Part shown: in pieces, positions 26,015 to 33,244 of the stretch
Numbering within the stretch: position 1 is the stretch's first letter
Layout: each line of letters starts with the position of its first letter
Sequence record: SRR22947725_8998
Direction: 5' to 3' (one strand)
DNA: 33,244 bases
Notes under the pieces: model-generated
Told to the model about the DNA's origin: nothing
Database searches by the model: none
What the model saw: the letters and a program-made list of their open reading frames with translations, nothing else
Position numbers and translations under genes: made by a program

Positions 26015-27682
26015 ATGGTCGGCAAGAGCTCCGGTGATCCGCAACCCTGTGACGTGCAGGCGACGTTCTGCGCCACTCTTGTCGACGAGTGGGCCCGCTC
26101 TGGAGTGAGTCATGCGGTCATCTCGCCCGGCTCGCGGTCGACCCCGATGGCCGTCGCCCTGGCAGAGCGAGATGACATCGATCTCCACATCGTGCACGAC
26201 GAACGCGTGGCAGGGTTTCTTGCGTTGGGCCTCGGGCTCAGCGGTACCGCCGCGCTGTTGCTCTGCACGAGCGGAACTGCGGCAGCCAACTTCTTTCCTG
26301 CCGTCGTTGAAGCCGGCCTGTCTGACATCCCGATGGTGGTGCTGACCGCTGACCGCCCCCCGGAGTTGCGCGGCGTCGGCGCCCCGCAGACCATCGATCA
26401 GACCGATCTGTATGGGGCCCACGTCCAATGGTTTCACGAGGCCGAAGTAGCCAACCTTGACGCCCAGGGTGACTGGCGCCCGCTGGCGCAGCAGGCTGTG
26501 ATCCAGAGCGCACAGGGCCCAGTCCAGATCAACCTGGCCTTTCGTGAACCACTGTTGGGTACTTCGCAGGAGTTGCCGCGGGCGATCGAACCGTTGACCC
26601 ACGTGCTCGAACAAGAAACCTGGCCCGTTCCTGAAGCGCTGGCCCAAGCGCGGGGCGTGATTCTGGTCGGCGGGCGCAGTGGAGTCTCCGCCGACGACGT
26701 CCGTACTCTCAGGGCAGCGACGGGCTGGCCTCTGGTCGCGGATCCGATCTCGGGCTTCCGCCACCTTGATGGTGTCGTCACCGCAGCGGAGTCAATGCTC
26801 AGGCACACACCGTTCGCCCACGGGCATCTGCCCGATGCAGTCGTTCGAATCGGTCGTCCGTCGACGTCAAAGACGTTGGCACAATGGACGGACCGGGCGG
26901 TTGCACACGGAGCAACTCTGGTCCAGGTCGGCGGCCCAGGAGTGATCGACCCGGGCCGAAACATCTCGGCACGTTGTTCGATTGCGGACGTCATCGACCG
27001 CTGCGGTGGAGTCCGCCCCGATCCGGCGTGGACGCTGAGCTGGGAGTCAGCTGACCGTGCTGCCGACCAAGCGATCCTCGCGACGCTGGTCAAGCTCAAC
27101 AGAACAGGCGAGCTGACCGAACCCGGACTTGCTCGTCTGGTCGCCGATCATCTTCCCGCCACGGTCGAGCTGGTCGTCAGTTCGTCGATGCCTGTGCGCG
27201 ACCACGAATGGTTTGGCGGGGCCAACGCCCGAGCCCATGCCAATCGGGGCGCCAACGGCATCGACGGGGTCACCTCGACCGCATTGGGCTTGGCCTTGGG
27301 CCAGGGCAGCGCTGCTGTGCTCATCGGCGACCTCGCGTTCGTCCATGACAGCAATGCGCTCGCCGGTCTTGCGGGCCGCATGACCGACCTCCGCATCCTC
27401 GTCGTCGACAACGACGGCGGTGGAATCTTCTCGTTCCTCCCGCAGGCAGCAGCACTGTCAACGGAGCGTTTTGAGCAGCTCTTCGGCACTCCGCACGGTA
27501 CAGATGTCCTTGCGCTCGCAGCAGCGCACGGACTCGCAGCGATCGATGTCAGCACTGCGGATCAGCTCGTCGATCAGCTCGCCCAGCCCGGGCCGTGGGT
27601 CGCACGGATTGCGTCGACGCGTCGCCGGAACGTGGACGTCCACGCGCTGCTGCATGAAGCGGTCGCCGTGGCGCTCGGCTGA
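26015..27682 (+). CDS. menD: SEPHCHC synthase (ThDP-dependent)
   Basis: SPGSRSTP, DERVAGFLALG, CTSGTAAAN, TADRPPEL.GVGAPQTIDQ, SSMPVRD, ANRGANGIDG, GDLAFVHD, NDGGGIF..LP, FGTPH. Confidence 0.96.
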   Translation: MVGKSSGDPQPCDVQATFCATLVDEWARSGVSHAVISPGSRSTPMAVALAERDDIDLHIVHDERVAGFLALGLGLSGTAALLLCTSGTAAANFFPAVVEAGLSDIPMVVLTADRPPELRGVGAPQTIDQTDLYGAHVQWFHEAEVANLDAQGDWRPLAQQAVIQSAQGPVQINLAFREPLLGTSQELPRAIEPLTHVLEQETWPVPEALAQARGVILVGGRSGVSADDVRTLRAATGWPLVADPISGFRHLDGVVTAAESMLRHTPFAHGHLPDAVVRIGRPSTSKTLAQWTDRAVAHGATLVQVGGPGVIDPGRNISARCSIADVIDRCGGVRPDPAWTLSWESADRAADQAILATLVKLNRTGELTEPGLARLVADHLPATVELVVSSSMPVRDHEWFGGANARAHANRGANGIDGVTSTALGLALGQGSAAVLIGDLAFVHDSNALAGLAGRMTDLRILVVDNDGGGIFSFLPQAAALSTERFEQLFGTPHGTDVLALAAAHGLAAIDVSTADQLVDQLAQPGPWVARIASTRRRNVDVHALLHEAVAVALG

Positions 27683-27744
27683 TCTTTGTCGTTTCTTTGC
27701 CACAGCGACACCGGACCTTGGGCCGCGGTCGTCACGGTGGAGTC

Positions 27745-29451
27745 ATGTCACAACACCAGACCCCCGACAGCCAGCCGCCAGGTATGGCGTCAATCGACGT
27801 CACTGTCGATGAGCCCACAGCCATACCGCCACCGTCGCGCCGGGCATTTCTCAGTCTGATCGGCGCTGGTCTCGGCGCGGCCGTGGCTGCGCCTTCGATT
27901 GCGACAGCACAGCGTGCCGATGATGGGGGTCGACGCGAACGGCGGCGTCCTGATCGTGAAGGTCCTGACTCCCGAGGCGACCGCGATCGTGACGGCGGCG
28001 GTAGCGGCGGCGTGTCGGTCGACGGGCCTGATCGATTCGGCCGAATATTCGACTTGCCGCCATTCGCCGACCCAAGCAGCGAGCTGCGTGCAGCACTGAT
28101 CGAAATGGGACGGCCGGGCGGAATGATGGATGCCAACGATCCGCTTGAGGTCGGGCCGATTCGGCTGATCACCGAACCCGAACTGAGCCCGAACAATCGA
28201 GATAATCCTGCCAACACCGCGGGCGTGACGTTTCTGGGACAGTTCCTTGATCACGACATCACACGCGACGCAGGGTCGCGACTGGGTCGAGCGACGTCTG
28301 TCCGAGGCAGCACCAACTTACGGAGCGCACGTTTCGATCTCGACAGCGTGTACGGCGGTGGCCCAGAACAATCACCCGAGTTGTACGAGGGGTTCCGGCT
28401 CCGCATCGAGTCGGGAGGACAGTTCGAGGACCTCCCCAGGAACGACGACGGAACAGCAATCCTTGGAGACGACCGCAACGACGAGAACATGATGCTGGCC
28501 GGGCTCCAGTGTGCGTTCATCATGTTCCACAACGCGATCCTCGCAAGCATATCGGCCTCGGCGGCAACTGCAGTCGACTTCGCTGATGCGCAACGCATTG
28601 TTCGACGGCACTATCAGTGGATCATCGTCCACGAGGTCCTCCCGCAGTTCGTGGGGCAGGAGATGGTGGACAGCATCGTCAACAGTGGCCGGCAAGTGTT
28701 CACGCCGAGCGTGGCGCGGATCCCGCTCGAATTCCAAGCAGCGGCATACCGCTTCGGTCACTCGATGGTCAGGCCGTCCTACCGCGCCAACCTCGCCGGA
28801 GATGAGGGCGAACCGTTCTTCGCCTTCGTGTTCGACCCAGACACATTCGGTGACGATGACCCTGACGACTTGACCGGACGGTCGCGAGCGGCTCGCCGAT
28901 TCATCGGGTGGCAGACCTTCTTCGATTTCGGTGATGGCGAGGTCAAGCCCAATAAGCGCATCGACGCGGTGATGTCCACGCCGCTGTTCCAACTGCCGAT
29001 GTTCAGTATCCCGACCGCCCGTGGCGAGGACATTGGACCGACATCACTCGCCACCCGCAACCTCCTGCGCCACATCACCTGGCAGATTCCCTCTGGGCAG
29101 CGTGTCGCCGCTGCGATGGGGGTCGACCTGCTGAGCGCGGCCGATCTCAGCGAAGTGGGTCAACTCGGTGCGAATCTCGACCAGTCGACGCCGCTCTTCT
29201 ACTACTTGCTGCGCGAGGCCGACGTGGTTGCAGACGGCGTCCACCTCGGGCCGTGCGGGGGTCGCATCGTTGGCGAGGTCTTCATGGCGCTGATCGAGCA
29301 GGATCCGGACAGCTACCTCAACGCCACGGCGGCAAACGGAGGGGTCTGGAGACCTTCACTCCCGCAGCGCAATGGTCAGATCGGCGATGACTTCACCATG
29401 GCCGACCTGCTGACGATTGCCGGCGTCGACCCTGACTCGCGCGGCCAGTGA
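27745..29451 (+). CDS. Tat-exported heme peroxidase (peroxidase-cyclooxygenase / animal heme peroxidase superfamily)
   Basis: Twin-arginine SRRAFL plus hydrophobic stretch. FLGQFLDHDIT, DLDSVYG, GDDRNDEN, FHN, YQWII..E.LP, AAYRFGHSMVR, TPLFYYLLREA, GGRIVGEV. Start re-called to ATG 27745. Confidence 0.9.
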   Translation: MSQHQTPDSQPPGMASIDVTVDEPTAIPPPSRRAFLSLIGAGLGAAVAAPSIATAQRADDGGRRERRRPDREGPDSRGDRDRDGGGSGGVSVDGPDRFGRIFDLPPFADPSSELRAALIEMGRPGGMMDANDPLEVGPIRLITEPELSPNNRDNPANTAGVTFLGQFLDHDITRDAGSRLGRATSVRGSTNLRSARFDLDSVYGGGPEQSPELYEGFRLRIESGGQFEDLPRNDDGTAILGDDRNDENMMLAGLQCAFIMFHNAILASISASAATAVDFADAQRIVRRHYQWIIVHEVLPQFVGQEMVDSIVNSGRQVFTPSVARIPLEFQAAAYRFGHSMVRPSYRANLAGDEGEPFFAFVFDPDTFGDDDPDDLTGRSRAARRFIGWQTFFDFGDGEVKPNKRIDAVMSTPLFQLPMFSIPTARGEDIGPTSLATRNLLRHITWQIPSGQRVAAAMGVDLLSAADLSEVGQLGANLDQSTPLFYYLLREADVVADGVHLGPCGGRIVGEVFMALIEQDPDSYLNATAANGGVWRPSLPQRNGQIGDDFTMADLLTIAGVDPDSRGQ

Positions 29452-30660
29452 TCAAGGGCGGACAATGGCGCTGAGCATGGCCTGAAACTTCGCTTGGGTC
29501 TCAGCGAGTTCGGCGAGCGGTTCGCTGTCGGCAACAATGCCGCCGCCCGCAACGAGGCGTGCGCTCATGCGATCGGCGCTGAACTCGGCACAACGGATGG
29601 CGACCGCCCAGGTGCCGTTGCCTGCCGCGTCAACCCACCCAACAGCGCCTCCGTAGCGTCCTCGTTCGAACCCCTCGACCTTGCTGATCAGGTCGAGGGC
29701 TGCGGCACGCGGATGTCCTCCGAGTGCGGGCGTGGGCGAGAGTGCCTGAACGAGCTCGATTACCGACGGTCCGGGCTGGCTGAGCATGCCTTCCATGCGG
29801 GTTCCGAGGTGCTGCACGTTCGCGACGCTGACGATCGATGGCTCGGGTTCCCAGTCGAGATAACTCGCCCAGGGGAGCAACGTGTCGTGGACGACGTCGA
29901 TCACGATGCGGTGCTCGATTTGGTTCTTCGCACTCGCCTGGAGTTCCGCGGCGAGGGTTCGATCGTTGTCAACGTCACCGGTTCGCCGCGTCGTGCCAGC
30001 CAGCGGATGCGAGCGGACGGTGGCGCCGGCGACTTCGACCAGTAGCTCGGGTGACGCGCCGACAAATCCGTCGATCGAGTAGCGGTAGCTCGACCCAAAT
30101 GATGCTTTGAGGCGCTGGAGTACGGCGTGGATGTCCATCGGGACGTCAGCCGTCACGGTGATGGGCCGGGCTATGACTGCTTTGGTCAGGGCGCCCGCCC
30201 GGACCGCGTCTCGAGCGGCGGCGACCGCATCGAGGTAGATCTCGGTGCTGTGGGGAGCTGTGGACCTGGAGTTGCCGATCGTGTAGTTCGCTGCAACGGG
30301 GACGGGTTCCGAGACCGGAGCCAGGGCAGCAGTCGGGTCCACGTCGTCGACCCAGGTGACCCAGTGAGTGCCATCGTCGCGTTTGCCGACCGTGACCTGC
30401 GGGATGATCAGTTCACCCCGGAAGCCTGGTGTAAAGGGGACCGATCCGAGGGCCAGCGGTGTCACGCCCTCAACGGTGCTGTCATGCTCGATTGCTGCAA
30501 GCGCGGCAACTGCGTCGCTGGTCTCGACCCGTCGGGCGACCCCCCGGCCGGCGACGCCCACGCCATCGCGCACAAAGAGGTACCCGTGGCCACACGCGAC
30601 GTCGTTCAGATCAGGTGCATCGCCGACAACATCGGCGAGGGGACGGGTGACAGCGCGCAT
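29452..30660 (-). CDS. menF: Isochorismate synthase
   Basis: KAVIAR, FVGASPELL, PLAGT, KNQIEH, NVQHL, PTPALGG.P, RGRYGG.VGW, AIRCA, AGGGIVADS...E..ET..K. Confidence 0.92.
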   Translation of the reverse strand: MRAVTRPLADVVGDAPDLNDVACGHGYLFVRDGVGVAGRGVARRVETSDAVAALAAIEHDSTVEGVTPLALGSVPFTPGFRGELIIPQVTVGKRDDGTHWVTWVDDVDPTAALAPVSEPVPVAANYTIGNSRSTAPHSTEIYLDAVAAARDAVRAGALTKAVIARPITVTADVPMDIHAVLQRLKASFGSSYRYSIDGFVGASPELLVEVAGATVRSHPLAGTTRRTGDVDNDRTLAAELQASAKNQIEHRIVIDVVHDTLLPWASYLDWEPEPSIVSVANVQHLGTRMEGMLSQPGPSVIELVQALSPTPALGGHPRAAALDLISKVEGFERGRYGGAVGWVDAAGNGTWAVAIRCAEFSADRMSARLVAGGGIVADSEPLAELAETQAKFQAMLSAIVRP

Positions 30661-30687
30661 CTTTGGAGCTTCGTCGATCTCTGACGT

Positions 30688-31395
30688 TCAGCTCCGCGTC
30701 CCCACCATCAGCTGCGTCAAACCACCCGACAGCTGCTCGTGGGTCGCATCGTCGAATCCGGCAGCGGCGAGCGCCTCAAGCATCACCGCGGGCTCAGGCA
30801 GGTAGGCAACACTCTTCGGAAGGTAGGCGTAGGCGGGCCCGTCCGAGAGCGCTGCGCCGATCTTGGGCACGATCTTTCCGAAGTAGATGCCGTTGCCCCA
30901 GCGAACGAGGCCATTCTTGGGAACGCTCACGTCAAGGAGTGCAATGCGTCCGCCTGGCTTCACGACTCGCCCGAGTTCGGTGAAGAACGTCGGAAGATCG
31001 AGCAGGTTGCGCAGCGCGAACCCGCACATCACGCCGTCAACAGATGCACTGGGGACCGGGAGGCGAAGAATGTCGGTCTGGACGCGTGGGCTCGCTGATC
31101 GGTCGGCCGACAGCATGCCGAAGCTCAGATCCATCGAGATTGGGCGCATTCCGGCCTTTGTCAGATCAATGCACAGATCGCCGGTGCCGCTCGCCAAATC
31201 GAGCACTGTGCTTCCGCTGGGAAGCGCCAGGTCACGAACGGCCCGCTTGCGCCAACGGACGTCGAGCCGAAAGGAGATGATCCGGTTGAGACGGTCGTAT
31301 TTTGGTGCGATCGCATCGAACATGTCGCGGACGGCCGCGACCTTCTCTTCGCCCTCGGGCAGCTGATCGGTGTCCCAGGATCGTGCGGTGCTCAC
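30688..31395 (-). CDS. menG: Demethylmenaquinone methyltransferase (UbiE/MenG)
   Basis: VRDMFDAIAPKYDRLN...D.RWR, VLDLASGTGD, FALRN, RVVKPGG, AYAYLPKS. TAGCCT 7 nt before GTG 31395. Confidence 0.9.
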   Translation of the reverse strand: MSTARSWDTDQLPEGEEKVAAVRDMFDAIAPKYDRLNRIISFRLDVRWRKRAVRDLALPSGSTVLDLASGTGDLCIDLTKAGMRPISMDLSFGMLSADRSASPRVQTDILRLPVPSASVDGVMCGFALRNLLDLPTFFTELGRVVKPGGRIALLDVSVPKNGLVRWGNGIYFGKIVPKIGAALSDGPAYAYLPKSVAYLPEPAVMLEALAAAGFDDATHEQLSGGLTQLMVGTRS

Positions 31396-31417
31396 ACCAC
31401 CGAGGCTAGGGCCGGGC

Positions 31418-31981
31418 TCAACGCGTTGCAGTGCCCGGCTCGTCGTCACGGTCAGTGCTGATCTCGCCGGTCGCCTGCTGGTCGAGTTGTTCGACCTCGG
31501 CGCGGGCCTGGGCAAGCGCTTGCAGCTTGATGTCGGCCTCGGACACCGCCTGTTCGAGCAGTGTTCTGGACTGGCTGATCGTCGTGCTCGTGATCAGGGC
31601 AGAGACGGCATCTTCGAGTTCGACGACGTGCGGCTCCAGCGCGTTGACAGCGTCGGCGCGGTGACTCATGGGAAGGCCAGCGGCAGCAATGAGCCGTTCG
31701 TCGATGGCGAGGGCCTCGGACTCGATTTGCCTGGTCCGTTCGGACAGGCCCAGCTCAACCAGACGGGGATTGTTGCGAGCCGAGCGAACTGCGGCTCCCA
31801 GCCGACGATGCATTTTCGCTTCGGCACTGTGTGCACCGGCCCACGATGCAGGGGCCGGTGACTTCACGCCGGGCACCACTTCGTTGGCATCGTCAAAGTC
31901 CTTCTTTGACCGAACGGTCAGCGCGACGCCCAAGGCAACAATTGCGCCGACCGCAGCGAGCAGTAGCAACGAGACCAGCAC
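31418..31981 (-). CDS. Hypothetical membrane-anchored helical protein
   Basis: N-terminal TM helix, ANEVVPGVKSPAPASWAGAHS.EA..HRRL segment, coiled-coil-like C-terminus. 1-nt overlap with the upstream stop. Confidence 0.75.
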   Translation of the reverse strand: MLVSLLLLAAVGAIVALGVALTVRSKKDFDDANEVVPGVKSPAPASWAGAHSAEAKMHRRLGAAVRSARNNPRLVELGLSERTRQIESEALAIDERLIAAAGLPMSHRADAVNALEPHVVELEDAVSALITSTTISQSRTLLEQAVSEADIKLQALAQARAEVEQLDQQATGEISTDRDDEPGTATR

Positions 31982-33244
31982 TAGCCGTCACCGCTTGCAG
32001 AGACCGCGATCACAATGATTACGATAACCAATGCCGCAAGCATCACCGCAGTGAGAATCTTGACCTTGCTGTACGGCCGAGCGCCGTGCACTTCGCCGGT
32101 GACCCCATTGATGTACACCTGGAACGGCTTCTGCTCGTAGATCACGGTGAGCAGCCAGATCGGCAACAACAGGTGCTTGTAGGTCATCTTGAGCCAGCTG
32201 ATGTTCATCGAGTTGATGTCCTGCTGGTCGCCGCCGATGTCTTGGCGCACGGTGTGCGTGATCGCCGCTTCCATCTGCGACGTCGCTTCGGGGAGGCATT
32301 CTTCAACGTCGTGGTCGTAGGTGCGACGGAGGTGCCCAGCGGCATACTCCGCAGAGTACGGCTTCGCTGTCTCAGTGGGCCACGGCTCGAGCTTGGCGAT
32401 GCGATTGCGTTCGAACCCCTCGTTGGCGAAGACCGTGATGTCGTCGAAGCTGTTGTTGACCGTGCCGCTGGCCCGGCTCCAACTGGTGCGTGTCTCGGTG
32501 CGTCGATTCTCGCCAGAGCCGACTGTGACGGTGTAGTTGTCGCCGCGACGGCCCGTGTAGCGCGTCCGGGTGTCAGCGTCGTAGGTGAAGTACGCGGTGT
32601 AGACGCTTGAGAACGCTCCGGTGCGGCTGTAGGTCTTGAACTCGCGGGGTGCAAACCAGCGCTTGCTGATCCACTTTTCGATCAGCTCCTTGGCCTGTTT
32701 GTCGTCGATGGAGAACGGCAGCACGCCATCGACCGGGAGGCGTTCGGGAGCGTCGTGAACGTCATCGCGCTGAATCGGCGTTGCGCAGTAGGGGCACTTC
32801 TCTGCGGTGAGTGACCCTGAGAACATCGTGTTGCCGCCGCAGTTCTGGCAGGTGATCTCCTTCTCGGTGCCGACGAAGTTCTGTTCGTGGGATTGCTTGC
32901 TGGACTGCACGAGCCGGAGCGCCTCGCGCAGGTCCTTTTCGTTGACTTGTCCGTCGTTCTCCACCAACTCATGGGTGTTGCCGCAGTGCGCGCACTTGAG
33001 GAGTTGGCTGCGAATGTCGAAGTGCAGCTCCCCGCCGCAGGCCTCGCACGGATAGGTCCGGCTGTCTTCGGTGGAGTGCTTCATCGCCATTGATTCCGCT
33101 GATGGGTCAGTCTCGTCGGGCGCGCCCTCGTCGCCGACCGGAGGTGGCGGGGAAGGCGGAGGTGCCAAACCGTCGGGTTCGGGAAGCGGGGGCGGCTGAG
33201 AAGGTGGGGGTGGTGGTGACGACGGTGGGGGTGGGGGTGACGAC
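31981..33244 (-). CDS. Zn-ribbon membrane protein with Pro-rich N-terminus (5' end probably outside the window)
   Basis: Four CxxC pairs (CEAC, CAHC, CQNC, CPYC), KHLLLPIW, INGVTGEV.G.RPYS, C-terminal TM helix. The frame stays open through SSPPPPPSSPPPPP to the window edge. Confidence 0.8.
   Translation of the reverse strand, partial: SSPPPPPSSPPPPPSQPPPLPEPDGLAPPPSPPPPVGDEGAPDETDPSAESMAMKHSTEDSRTYPCEACGGELHFDIRSQLLKCAHCGNTHELVENDGQVNEKDLREALRLVQSSKQSHEQNFVGTEKEITCQNCGGNTMFSGSLTAEKCPYCATPIQRDDVHDAPERLPVDGVLPFSIDDKQAKELIEKWISKRWFAPREFKTYSRTGAFSSVYTAYFTYDADTRTRYTGRRGDNYTVTVGSGENRRTETRTSWSRASGTVNNSFDDITVFANEGFERNRIAKLEPWPTETAKPYSAEYAAGHLRRTYDHDVEECLPEATSQMEAAITHTVRQDIGGDQQDINSMNISWLKMTYKHLLLPIWLLTVIYEQKPFQVYINGVTGEVHGARPYSKVKILTAVMLAALVIVIIVIAVSASGDG

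Noticed and set aside
24548..29454. TGATCA at convergent gene ends (24548-24553, 29449-29454) as a recombination site
   Set aside because: It is simply two abutting TGA stop codons on opposite strands.

Overview
A high-GC (about 65% by eye), gene-dense bacterial window. The gene content and the RxxDTR/PC..C surface repeats point to Actinomycetota, most likely Acidimicrobiia (Ilumatobacter-like); this is an inference. From left to right it holds: a pentapeptide-repeat gene with a disrupted-looking 5' end; two secreted SGNH + cell-surface-repeat genes divergent from an AT3-SGNH O-acyltransferase; a ~600 bp lower-GC gap; a complete oleA-oleBC-oleD olefin/beta-lactone cluster; tRNA-Cys(GCA); a VOC gene; an LLM oxidoreductase-TauD-tandem LytR_C lipoprotein unit; a NUDIX gene split by one in-frame TAG; modABC; a scar joining the 3' ends of two divergent genes (one an arylsulfatase); phoH-ybeY-SDR; a menaquinone cluster (menE, menA, menH, menD, menF, menG) interleaved with an amidase, a DsbA/FrnE protein and a Tat-exported heme peroxidase; and two membrane proteins at the right edge. 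I saw no CRISPR array, integrase, transposase or rRNA. The best leads are the three-SGNH surface acylation module, the amber-interrupted NUDIX, the ole cluster, an identical 12-bp motif at the same spacing before two unrelated genes, and several deletion or decay scars.
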